Of a stretch of DNA of 64,000 nucleotides, positions 1 through 21,190 are shown piece after piece. The translations under genes and the position numbers were made by a program. The notes under the pieces were generated by a model. That model had not been told where the DNA came from and ran no database searches. It saw nothing but the letters and a program-made list of their open reading frames with translations. The stretch's first letter is position 1, and each line of letters opens with the position of its first letter. Source of the DNA: Octopus sinensis (lineage: Eukaryota); contig NC_043004.1 in assembly GCF_006345805.1 (NCBI RefSeq), positions 74,710,001 through 74,774,000 of the forward strand, given 5' to 3'.

Positions 1-497
1 TCGATCCTCTCTCAATGATCCAATCACTTATATAATAACTTTCGTTATATAGATTACTAATGTTCCCATGCGATAAATGATGCTATTATTCATATAGTTT
101 ATATAATGCCGCTGACACCGACATTTCAAACCTTTTTCGTCTATAACATAAAACTTAACAAAATATTTTTCTTCGTACAAATATTTTGTTATCTTTCTTT
201 CGTCAGTCATAGATAATTTGTTTAAATTGAGAAAGCATCATCGCACACAGAATTTAATAAAAGACTAAAATAAAATTTGGTGTATTCTAGTTTCTTTTTC
301 GTTTTTCATAAGACAAAGTCTAAATGAATATAAGGACTCCCAATTTATATGAGTTGCAATCAAATTACACTTTGACATCAACATAGATTTGAAACAGTCT
401 CTTCGAGATCCTAAAGTCAACAAAAATTTGCCATTATTGCAAGGTGTATCACATAGTTTTAAATGTACGCATATATATATATATATATGAACACATA

Positions 498-1790
498 CGA
501 GGGGCGTTCAATAAGTAATGCCCCTGACCCACTTCCCATAGCAGTAGAGCAACGAAACTTGGCACAGTTATTAGTCTTTTTCTACATAGGAACCACCCAG
601 AGTTACACATTTCTCCCATCGTTTGATGCAGCTCTGGCGACCGTTTTTTTAGAAGACCCCAGCTTGGTCATCCGACCACGACGTGACTTCAGAAATCAAG
701 GCTGCATCATCTGGGAAACGCTTTTCCTTTCAAAAACAACTTCATGGCTGGGAAGAGGTGAAAATCAGAGGGTGCAAGGTCAGGAGAGTAGGGGGATGGG
801 GAAGGAGTTCATAACCGCACGCCCGTGCTTCTGATCTGGCGACAAGCGAGTTATGGACCGGAGCGTTATCCTGCAGAAGGAGGATACCTTTGCTGATGTT
901 GCCCCGCCTCTTGATTTTTATAGCTTCTCTTAATTTCCTCAAAAGTGAAGCACAATAGGCTCCTGTAATTGTGGTACCCTTTGCCAGGAAATCTGTCATC
1001 ACTACTCCGTCCTGGTCCCTGAAGACTGTGAGCATGACCTTACCAGCGGAGGGCTGCACCCTTGCCTTCTTTGGAGAAGGTGAATCACGGTGCTTCCACT
1101 GCATTGACTGGGCTTTGGTCTCTGGATCATAGTGATGGACCCAGGTTTTATCCTGTGTAATCAGTCTTTTGAAAAATTTTGACTCATCTTCTTGGCACAT
1201 CTCCAAATTCACCCTCGAGCACTCGACGCGTTCTTGCTTCTGGAAAGGTGTGAGCAGCCTGGGAATTCATCTGGCAGACACCTTTTGCATATGCAAATGG
1301 TCATGAATGATAGTTTCCACAGACCCGGTACTAATCTTGACCTCATGGGCTATTTGGCGAATAGTTATGCGTCGATCTTCCAAAATGGCAGCCTCAACCT
1401 GACGGACAGATGCCTCATCGACGGCAGAAGAGGGGCGACCAGATCTGGGAGCTGTTTCCACAGAGTTCCGACCATGTTTCAATTCACGATGCCACCGTTT
1501 TACAAGGTCATATGATGGGGCATCATCACAATAAGTTACTTTCATTTCATCAAAAGTCTCCCATGGTGTGCGTCCTTTCAAATACAAAAACCGAATCACT
1601 GCTCGACACTCAACAGGCTCCATTTCACACTTGACTCAGTTCAAACACCGGTAAATCAGAAACCACAATTAGTTCAAAGATGTTATTTGCTACTTAATCT
1701 ATAGAGATATAAATAATTGCACATGCAAAATTTCAGCTAGATCAAACAACTGCAAGTGGGTCATGGGAATTACTTATTGAACGTCCCTCG
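498..1790 (-). mobile_element. Full-length mariner DNA transposon (1293 bp), transposase inactivated
   Basis: 37-bp TIRs CGAGGG(G/A)CGTTCAATAAGTAAT...GACCCACTT at 498-534 and 1754-1790 (34/37 match). TA target duplications at 496-497 and 1791-1792. Internal mariner transposase on the minus strand. Confidence 0.96.
571..1623 (-). pseudogene. Mariner (DD34D) transposase pseudogene
   Basis: HTH N-terminus (MEPVECRAVIRFLYLKG), ITQDKTWVHHYDPE, LLQDNAP, YSPDLAPSDFHLF. Lesions: TGA at 1267-1269 (W of the WVPH-like motif), 1-bp deletion in the G run at 791-795, TAA at 649-651. Confidence 0.93.
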
Positions 1791-1889
1791 TAAATATGTA
1801 TCTGTGTGTGCATGCGTGCATGTACATGTCTATGTGTTTTTATGCATGTATATATGTGTATGTATATACGTATATATATACATGTATAT

Positions 1890-1935
<46 letters not shown>

Positions 1936-2032
1936 TGTTGTAAGTATGTATATGTATATATGATTGTGCGTGTATTGTGATATGTTGTGTCTGTGTGTGA
2001 ATATGTGTGTGTATGTCTCTCTCTCTCTCTCT

Positions 2033-2106
<74 letters not shown>
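1890..2106. repeat. (CA)n/(CT)n/(TA)n microsatellite cluster
   Basis: Read directly. Source of spurious YI/HT ORFs. Confidence 0.95.
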
Positions 2107-2109
<3 letters not shown>

Positions 2110-2495
2110 ATAGTTGTATATACAACAAACAGGTGTATTAGTTTGATGCTCGGGAAAGTGAGAAAGTCTTTTATGTTTCGAGTCTACGAAACAGAAAGGA
2201 ATAAGAGAAAATAAACAGGATTAAAAAAAAGGCACGCGTGGATTTAGCGATCAAGCACATTATATACATATATTCTCATCTCTTTCAACCCTGTCTTTTT
2301 TTTATCTCCCTTTCTTTCAAGCATTTTTCTACAAGTTTTTTTTGTTGTTCTCTCTCACTTTATTTTCTCTTCTAGTTTTCTGTTGAAGAGCGCAGGCACG
2401 AAATATAAATGACTTTTTTTCATTTTCCTGGGCGTCAAACTAAAATACTTGCTTGCAGTTCACATACCTGCCTTCGTCTTTTCTATAAATTTCAA

Positions 2496-2541
<46 letters not shown>

Positions 2542-2936
2542 GTATATATGTATATGTATACATATATATATATATGTATATATATATATATGTGTGTGTG
2601 TATGCGTGTGTGTGTGTGTATGTGCGTGTGTGGTGTGTGTATGCATGTATATATATTATCGGGATTAGTATAAGTTTAAAGCTTATAGTGATCGCTGTGC
2701 AATGACTAGGGAAAATAGTCGAATAATGGGGCATATAAGAGAAACAGGAAGTAAGAGTGAGAGAAACTTGTGGTGAATGAGTACAGCATTAATATGTTAC
2801 CGTGCAGACTTTTTACTACTTATATCTCGTTCGGAGATTTTATATATATATATATATATATATGTCATACTAATACATCTGTTCGTTTTGTACACCACCT
2901 GTCTTCGTCTTTTGTTTTTTTTTTTTCGTAAACTCT

Positions 2937-3001
<65 letters not shown>

Positions 3002-3357
3002 TTCAGCAAAAATTTAGATTCGAATGAATATGGTACTTAATTAGATGCACCAGAATTTTGAATGGTGTTATCCATAAAAATTTGCGGGTTGATTATAATG
3101 AAAATAAGCAACAAGAATGACTCCGGTAATTTGGTACAATTGTTTCGCACTACATCATTTTTTAAAAGTTGTAAGTATTACAGCAGATGTAAGATGCTGA
3201 GTGCTCATCAGCCATTATATAAGTTTTCCATAAATACAAAAGCTTTCAAATCAAGTAGCAACATTATAGAGAAGGTAGATATACAGACAAAGATGTAGAT
3301 TTAAATTTTAAGAACATAAGAGGTAGTTCCATTAACCTAGTTCCTCTCACCAAATAG

Positions 3358-3459
<102 letters not shown>

Positions 3460-3593
3460 GTAGATATATCCATATATATTCACACACGCACACATAATAC
3501 ATATAATTACATATGTGTGTGTATGTATGTATATGCACATATCAAAATATAGAATACGTACATGCATACATATATATATATATATATGTGTGT

Positions 3594-3656
<63 letters not shown>

Positions 3657-3989
3657 TCATACACACAGACACACACAGACACACACACACACACACTTAT
3701 ATACACATATATCAGTACTGACATGACAGAAGTAAATAGACAGCCTTATAATCATATGCACATTTATAAGTTTCAACTCAAAACCTGTTATGTAACATGA
3801 ATTGTCTTAAGTTCACTTGCATGATGCATAAAGCAGTTTTTCTTTGTTTTTGTGTGAGAAAATTGCCATAACGTTGTCTGATTTGTTACAAGGTCGACTA
3901 TACCTGTTATTCTTCTTGAGGTTCGATAAAATATCATCATCATTTTCCCTGGGGTGAAGAACACATAGGGTAGGTAATACTTTGTCACT

Positions 3990-4260
3990 GGTGTCTATTG
4001 GCTGCGCTTTTCGCTGGTGTTTTTCTCTTTCGTTTTCAGTCCGTTGATTTTGAATGGTATTGTTTTGGTAGCCGGAATTTATGGCTTACTAATTTTAATC
4101 TTCATTCTCTAACGATTTTGCTGTCGTCAATATATAAATGGTCTTGCCAGAACGATCGCAGGATCTTTCTCAAGGATCTTTCATGGAACGCATCTAGTTT
4201 TCTCTTTTCACAATGTTCTTCGATGTCTCGCTGGCATAAAGGCCTGTTGGGAGAACTATT
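3990..4260 (-). mobile_element. RTE-clade LINE ORF2 C-terminal fragment
   Basis: Minus-strand translation VLPTGLYASET...KLDAFHERSLRKILRSFWQDH, frameshifted. Confidence 0.7.
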
Positions 4261-4835
4261 CTATTGTAGATTTGCCGATGGTGGTGGAAGACCAAATAGC
4301 ACAGATTCTCAGGAATACATCTGCAGCTTTACTAATTTCACGGTTGTCGACAGATTCAAGGGTAATTTCAATAAAGAACAAAATATGAATGTTTAGCATT
4401 AACGTAAAAGCGGTGTTATTGTATGGGGCTGGGACATGGCGAACAACAGTTAAGTCAAATAAGCAAATACAATCATTCATCAACAGATGCTTGCGTAGAA
4501 TACTTAAAATTAGATGGCCCAAACACATAAGCAATATGGAGCTATGGCAAAGAACAAATCAAGTTTCGATTAGGGAGCAAATATTTAAGAAAAACTGGAA
4601 GTGGATTGGTAGCACAATTAGAAAAGACACAGCAAATGTAGCGAAAAGTTATTTACAGTGGAATCCGGATGGATATAGAAAGAAAAGTAGGCCTAAGAAC
4701 TCGTGGCGTAGATTAACACAAAAAAACTAGAGAAAGAGGGACTTTCATGGCAGAGTATAAGTACAGAAGCGAAAAAGTATGCGACATGGAATTCAATTAT
4801 GAGTGGCCTATACTCCGTGCTGGAGGGTTAAAGAC
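4260..4835 (+). mobile_element. RTE-clade LINE 3' fragment
   Basis: ORF 4389-4730: NVKAVLLYGAGTW...FINRCLRRILKIRW...ISNMELWQRT...WKWIG...WNPDG...RPKNSWRR. Confidence 0.85.
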
Positions 4836-4849
4836 AGAAAAAAATCTGT

Positions 4850-5600
4850 CGAAGAAGTCTATTTTCCTTGTTTCCATTGGAAAAAGGCATAGCGAATTTG
4901 TGTAAAATTCTTTAAAAGAGATTGACAAGGTATTAAGGAAAGCCATAGTTCCAAGCATTTCTACACAAGGACTCTTTGTAGATACTATAAACTGCCTTTC
5001 TAAAGTCAATAAATTTTAGCTTTTGTGATATTTGATACTCAACATACTGTTCAATTAAATTTCTGAGTGGGAAGATTTGCTCAGGACAGAATAAGTTGTT
5101 GCGAAATTCATCTTGTTCCTCTTGTGTTACAGTATAACTTCTACAGCTTCCCTTGTCTTGTTTAGAAGTACTGCACCAAAAAATTGACCCGACACTAAAA
5201 GCCAGTTACTGTTGATGGACAGATCTCCATTATTTCGCAATTCCACAGTGATTCCCTCTCACCACTTCTATTACACCTTCTGCCCACACCAGCAGTAATT
5301 CACCAGACATAGCAATTAACTCACTACAGTATTTTCTCTATCTATGAGCATTCCTACGGTGATTTCATCGAATTCAGTAGCCTCGTTGTATTTTCACTCT
5401 TTGATTGCTTTCGTTGTCCGCTCCTTATTTGATCTGTATCTACATCTAGGGCTAGCTTATTCTTTTGCTGGCTATTTCTGTACAGTTCGTTAAATATTTC
5501 TTGAAAGTGTTCCAGCCATCGGTAATTTAGTTCTTTTGTCAGCAATGTCGTTACCTGCCAATTCTTCACTGCCGCATTTGAGCTGTTCTTTGTTCGAATT
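4850..5600 (-). mobile_element. Degenerate RTE-clade LINE reverse-transcriptase fragment
   Basis: RWLEHFQEIFN linker and EQIFPLRNLIEQ...FIDFRKA...YGFP RT motifs on the minus strand. Confidence 0.75.
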
Positions 5601-7169
5601 ACATCTCATAGAATATATTGGGTTGTCCAGAAGGTTTATGCGAATTTTTAAAGGAAAGAAAAAGGTCAATAAATACTTGCCATTACATTTTAATCAACCA
5701 AATATGAAACATTTTGTTGCACAATGCGTCTCCATCTTTCCTTTAACTTGAAAATACCCTCTTCCCAGAATTGAGGTGGTTTCATGGCAAAGAATTCATC
5801 AAGGTATCTTTTTACGTCATCCAGGGAATTGAAATTTTTACCATTAAGACTATTCTGCAGAGACCTGAATAAGTGGAAATCCTAAAGAGCAATATCTGGT
5901 GAATATGGAGGGTGGAGTAACACATCTCAGCCGAGTTGCGGCAATTTTTGTCTGGTTCCCAAAGCATCAAGTGCCGAAAAGGAACTTTCTTATCTTCATT
6001 TTAAAGGGTTATAGGAACGTAAACCTTCTTCCACGAAAAGATAGCTTAAACTGTGCTCTAAATGGAAGTGTAGTCAAATCCTATTTTATGGACTCAACCA
6101 TGTTCTAAAATAAGTCGAAAGGTAAGCTACTATAAATCGGCAGGAACTTTCCGGATAACCCAATACTATAAAATTCTTGAATGATTTCGGCAGGCTGCTA
6201 CTTCTGCAGACGCCATTATTTTATTCACAGTTTTTCACAACTTGTCTTTTCTCCTTAGCTGCAGTGCAGGATTCAGCATAGGTCGAGGCAGAGTGCCTGG
6301 CGCCAAGTGTGTCTTCAGGCTTTCATGGCCTTCTGTTAGTAGGGCAATGTAATCGGTGGATGATCCATCATGGCCTTCTATAAAGGCAATTGCGATGATG
6401 TTTTCGGTAAGATTCTCGGAATTTAAAAGAACCAACTATCTGGTCTCTCCAGTAGGACGTCCAGCCTTCCAAAAATCCTTAACCTGGCTATTCTGTTGGA
6501 AGGAGTAGGAGCATTGCCAGTTCAAGGTACAGTCTACAGTTTCGGTAGTGCCGTCTGCTGGGCTTGCCTGAAATATGCACAGAGCAACGCATGCGTTCTG
6601 CATGTAGTTGTACAAAGTCCGAGCATTGCTGGCGTGTGGAATTATATCAAAACAGCTGCTGTGACATGTATAACCGAACTGTTTATAATCCAGGATGATA
6701 CCTTGCCTTCCACCTTTGCCTAGAATGGCAAGAGTTCCTTTAGTGATAAGCTTGTGAGAATGACGGACTTCCGTTAGTGATAATCTGGTGGTGAAATTTC
6801 GCTGACATTTCGAAAGTGTAGCATGAGCGTTACCAATATATTTCAGACAAATCTCTTAGTTTGCAGCGAATATTTTCTCATCCACCAAGCGCAACGTTTC
6901 CTACGTAGTTTTCAGTTTTCATTTTCAGTCCCAGATTGATAGATAGACGTCGAAGTATTGTTCAATTTAATATCTATTTATTAGAAATAGCATCGCGCAC
7001 TTCTTTTGGTTTAATAAAAGCGGTAACTTTAATTTATTTATAAATCAACATATTCCATTGTCCCCTGTTCTCCAATAAAGACCGGCATATAATATCTAAT
7101 AAGATGCAGATTTTTTCTCAAAATAAATATTCTTTAAGTCAAGATCACTCTTTAGCTATTCAGGGCTCA

Positions 7170-8130
7170 ATGAAAATGTACTGGTGGTTACGAGCACGGT
7201 GGCCCATCTAACCTAAACATGTTCTGGGAGGAAGCTATCCCTGAAAGGAAGGGTGGAGGTGGCAAAAGTGTTCATCGCATCTGTCATCATTTACCTGGGT
7301 TCGTTGCAAGCGGAGTGCCGTCAAGCACCTTCTCTTCTCTCCTAGACGGCCAATACGAGCAGTGGGGGTTCCACCTCGTCCTTCTATAGAGGGTTCGTTA
7401 CAAGCACATGTGATGACGTCCTACGGGAGACTCTGGGTTTCGATGACAGTCAACTTGCCGGTCTGTTCCGGCGGACTTTTGGACGACGCCTATCAATAAC
7501 TATCGGAAACCCCTGGCCTGGCAGTGCTACCGAGGAGCATTACACGTTCGAGATAAGCTTTTTAGACACAGTAGTTCTACCATGCCGACATGTCCGAGAT
7601 GCGAGCAGAGACGTGAAACTGTTTTGCACGCGATCGTACAGTGCCCGCGGATATCAGAACTAAGAGTTTATGTCGAATACCTGCCACCACGCATAGCAAG
7701 AGTACAACTATCTACCGAGTTCCTAATCAGATCGATCCACCGCCTTCTCTTAACAAGGAAAGGTTGTTAACTTTCCTTGCATTGTGGCTGTCGCAAAAAG
7801 TGGTCGTATGGTTGACACGCTTGAAAGGAATTGCTACAGGTATCTTTCTCTGCAGCCTTAGTTTGGTAAAGCATTTTAAATACCAACTAAAAAGGAAAAT
7901 AAGGATGGAGAGAAAGTACCTCCCACCGCGGAAGTTAGCAGTAAGATAGAAGAGTGTGGAGCGTTTGATGAGCATGAATGATCTAACTTGAGCGCAAATA
8001 TCTATAGACAAATAGAAAAGTGATCAGTGACGGTACGTGGCTTGTGGCGTCCCCACGACCCCAATTCATTCTTGTTAATCATACGTTATCCACATTTTTC
8101 CATTAATTTCAGTCCCGATATCTAATTAGT
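7170..8130 (+). mobile_element. Tx1/L1-clade LINE ORF2 3' fragment
   Basis: W..RKLSLKGRVEVAKVFIASVII, then the C-terminal CCHC motif CPRC...ETVLHAIVQC. Same family as 39600-41230. Confidence 0.75.
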
Positions 8131-8131
8131 A

Positions 8132-8218
<87 letters not shown>
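8132..8218. repeat. (GATA)n microsatellite
   Basis: Read directly. Confidence 0.97.
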
Positions 8219-9312
8219 TACACATAGATGCACATATACTCTGATAGAGATTGGGTAGCGTTCAACGTTTTATTTTCATTGTTTGTAGAACGGAGGCTTA
8301 TAACAGACGCTAGAAGTGAGCTAGTACATCCTGTAGCAATATTATTCGATTAACGACGCTATGGAGCACAAATGCATGCCGTATCAGACTGAAATATTTG
8401 TTCCAGTAGATAGTAAACGATAAGTCTGTTCTCGGCATCATTGTTGTTAATGTTGTTTTTGCTAATTATTATTTCTTTCCCCTTTCTCGGGAATTCCCTG
8501 GGAAATTTTATACCCAAATTCATAGATAAATGTTTTGGGTTTTTAATTTATCTTTTCATTGTCCTTTTAGTAAAGACAGATTTTCTAGCAACATTTTTCA
8601 GGTTGTCTTTATAAAACAAATTTCTAAGTCTGAGAGTGCCCAATTGGAAAGTTAAAAGACAGGATCCACATTGACAACTACTGGTCTAAAGCACAATTTT
8701 TTTATGCCCCTGAAAAATTTCCCTGAACTCCCAATTTACTATATTGCATCCGTGGACCCCTAAAAAATTTTATATATACACACTAGTTGAAAACTGTTCT
8801 GAGCAGTCTTACATATTATTATCTTAAATATTTGTTTGTAGAACGGGGGCATTTAACTGATGATAAAAGCGAGCTAATACATCCTTTTGCAATATTATTT
8901 GATCGTTCTCTAACGACGCTATTGTACAGAAATCAATAAAGTATCATATTGAAAGATTTGTACCAGTAGATAGTGAACGTTTAAACATGTTTGAATTTGC
9001 ATTTTGATTTCAAAATTTACAAAGTAAGACATTATTCATTTTAAATGTATGGAAAAATTTGTCAAGGCATAATGGTATTGCTATCAGGTGTCACAAAACA
9101 TGATTATTTCAAACGCCACCAATCAAGTTTGCTTTAATGAAAACAATTAATACTTCCACAAACAAAAGCATATGTTTAAAAATAACCTTCAGACATTCGT
9201 ATTTCTGATAATATTTCTCAGTCTTAATTTGCATCTTTTGTTTTCTTAATTATTTTCCTGAGATACTCCCAAGTCACATGTTTCTAAGTTCGATTCAATT
9301 GTTCACCAAACG

Positions 9313-9348
9313 TATAAATATCGACGCTAAAGCCTTCCAGAATCAGTT
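9313..9348 (+). promoter_or_regulatory. Core promoter of the galaxin-like gene: TATA box + initiator
   Basis: TATAAATA at 9313-9320. TCAGTT Inr at 9343-9348 (+1 A at 9345, 32 nt from the TATA start), 34 nt upstream of ATG 9379. Confidence 0.75.
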
Positions 9349-9378
9349 CTTGTCCTGGCAATTGTCCAAAAGACGACC

Positions 9379-18641
<9,263 letters not shown>

Positions 18642-18718
18642 CAACTGATTCTGGAATTGTCTAAGAATGTAAAGTGTCAATTTTCTCGATACTATCCCAA
18701 TGATTCAATGACACATAT

Positions 18719-18763
18719 AATAAAATTCCTTATGTAAATTATTAATTTTAAAAATGTAATAAA
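18719..18763 (+). terminator. Candidate polyadenylation signals of the galaxin-like gene
   Basis: AATAAA at 18719-18724 and 18758-18763, in an AT-rich 3' UTR. Confidence 0.55.
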
Positions 18764-19500
18764 TGAGGCTATTATTAATGTAGGATATATGAAATGCTGC
18801 TGACGCTAACTTTGAAACCGTTTTTAACGTATCACATAAAACGCTGTAAAACATTTAGTTAACTTCCTCTCGTTAATCAAAGATAATTCGTTGAAATTTT
18901 GAAAGAATCATCGTATAGAAAATTTAATAAATGAATATCATGAATCATATTAAATTTTGTTTGTTCTTCTCTATCCTTTATTAAGACAAACTCTAATTGA
19001 CTACAAGACCGATAAGTTATATGTATTGAAATCAAAGCATTATTTCACATCCACATACCTTTGAAACTGTGGTTACCCTTCCCTAAATTCAACACAAAAA
19101 TGAAACATTTTTGCAAAATATATAATACGGTTGTGCATGTACAAATATGCGTGGCACCTTGGGCAAGTGTCTTCTACTATAGCCGTGAGCCTTGTAAGTA
19201 GATTTGGTAGACAAAGCTGAAAGAACGACATATATATATATATAATTGAATAAGGGTAGAAATTGATATTAATCAATTAAAACCAGTGGCCTAGCATATT
19301 TAAAAAAACCAAGATTAAAATATTTTTTTACATACAAAATTTAAAGGACTGACCACTAAAAGTGGACGGTCAATATGCTAGATATAGACGTCAAAATCGC
19401 TATTTTCCACGAAGAATGTGTTCTCAAATAAAAACTCAGCACAAAACCAAAGTGTAAAAAATAAGCACGATAAATGAAAATATACGAAATAAATACGATT

Positions 19501-19579
19501 GACTCTGTACCAATCAGTTTCGCTTGTTAATATTCATGTATAGGTATACGCGAAAATCTGCAAGCTCGTCAGCATAGTC
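19501..19579 (-). ncRNA. Minimal type I hammerhead ribozyme motif (intact core)
   Basis: Minus strand: GACTATG-CTGACGA-GCTTG...CAAGC-GAAA-CTGATTGG-TA-CAGAGTC. Stem I 6/7 bp, stem II 5 bp, 2-bp stem III, GUA cleavage triplet. Confidence 0.7.
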
Positions 19580-19747
19580 TGTCGTATACAAACATAATTT
19601 CCAGAACTAGATACAAAACGTTTGACCGGAGTCCCGCATGCATGGAGTTCAACAAATTATATTTATGTGTATCCTTTAAATTATATTTATGTGTATCCTT
19701 CAAATGCCTTCACTTTGGCGCGCTGGAAATTATGTTTGTATACGACA

Positions 19748-19824
19748 GACTATGCTAATGAGCTTGCAGATTTTCGCGTATACATATACGTGAATATTAA
19801 CAAGCGAAACTGATCGGTACATAG
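19748..19824 (+). ncRNA. Minimal type I hammerhead motif, core mutated (CUAAUGA)
   Basis: GACTATG-CTAATGA-GCTTG...CAAGC-GAAA-CTGATCGG-TA-CATAG. Palindromic GAUC loop III. Confidence 0.6.
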
Positions 19825-20016
19825 GTAATCGTTTTTATTTCGTATATTTTCATTTGTCTTGCTTATTTTTTACACTTTGGTTTTGTGCTGAGTTTTTTCG
19901 TGAAAACACATTCTTCGTGGAAAATAGCGATTTTGACGTCTATATCTAGCATATTGACCGTCCACTTTTAGTGGTCAGTCCTTTAAATTTTATATACATA
20001 TGTATATATATATATA

Positions 20017-20812
20017 CTAGCAGCATAGCCCGGCGTTTCCCGGGTATGTAAGAGCCCCTAGTAGGCAACGACTAATCCCAATCTAGTCTTTTCCCTCTAG
20101 GGAACAAAGGCGCATGTGTAGGTTGCATTGTCTTCTCTTCACTCCCAAATAACTATCAAACAGCTATCGATAATTCAACCCAACCAATTCCTACCAGGAA
20201 GAAATTACATTCGAGACTTTACCCCCAACATCGCCACTTCTGCTAATAGCTGCTGCAGCCGCAACTTATTCGAATACTTTTTTTGTTTACACTTTCTTTA
20301 TAACTACCACCCCAAACGTTTACCTTAAATTTTTGACGTACCCTAAGGGTCCTCGGACGCTACTTGCAAACTCTTGGTTTATTATAAACCGCTTTTGTCG
20401 TGTTGCATCAAAAAACCTTTTCCATTCGTTTGTTCAGTTTGGTCACTTTTGACTTTTTCGTTGTTGTCACTCACATTGCTGCCCGCTTTTTTGCTGTTTT
20501 TGTACATTTTTATACATTTTGGGATACTTACCCCACGTGTTCCGAGAGTTAAAAAGGTCGAGTTGCGTCCCCTAGACAGTCTGTTGCATATAAAAAGCTT
20601 AGATTCTCGACCCATGTCGAATTTATCGATTTTTTTTCAGAACCGGGGGAACTTTTCAAAATTTTCGCTGCGTTAGTTTTGAATTATGACATTGGGCTAT
20701 GTGTGTGTCAAGTTTCATCAGAATCGGTTGAAAGCCGTGGTCAGGGTGAGGGTACAACCTGACAGACACACAAACACACAGACAGACAAACTGCCGTTTA
20801 TATATAGAGAGA
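20017..20812 (-). mobile_element. Non-autonomous Helitron
   Basis: Minus strand starts with TC after A, has an (CTGT)n/(GT)n tract, and ends with the hairpin CCCGG-GAAACG-CCGGG then CTAG|T. Confidence 0.75.
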
Positions 20813-20919
20813 TATAAATGTATGTGCGTATTTGTATATATTAGTGTGTCTTTGTTTATCCGCCTACCATCGCTTGACAACCTATCTTCACGACCCTGTA
20901 TCTTAGCAGATCGGCGAAA

Positions 20920-21190
20920 AGGTTAAATAACTGTAGAACTAGAAATGTAGTTTACAGCAAAAGATGCATAGAAGGTTTTTGTAAAGACATGAACATGACA
21001 TACAAAAGGGAGACATCTAGGAGCATTGCAGAACGACTAAATGAACATTTGAGACAAATGACGACAAAGAAATTGTCCTCCATACTCTACCAACAGGCCA
21101 AGGACCAACATGGAGGCAACCTGGGTCGACTTGACATCCGCATCTTATCCAAGCACCCAAAGGACCCAAGACTCAGACAAAACTTCCCCA
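20920..21190 (+). mobile_element. Penelope-like element GIY-YIG endonuclease remnant
   Basis: NCRTRNVVYSKRC...TYKRETSRSIAERLNEH...SSILYQ...H...DIRIL matches the PLE GIY-YIG pattern. Confidence 0.7.

Larger units (their letters stand above)
19244..19992 (-). mobile_element. Fold-back element: about 270-bp inverted arms + asymmetric tail, Penelope pLTR-like
   Basis: Arms 19335-19604 and 19723-19992. The 118-bp loop holds a 23-bp direct duplication. Hammerhead motif in each arm; flanked by (TA)n. Confidence 0.8.

Noticed and set aside
2120-2500. Inverted pair of a repeat with a TTGAAGAG...CGAAA hammerhead-like core
   Set aside because: Core and stems are too degenerate to call a ribozyme from these copies.
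5750-7100. Moderate-GC stretch with short ORFs
   Set aside because: No recognisable motif or splice structure; left unannotated.
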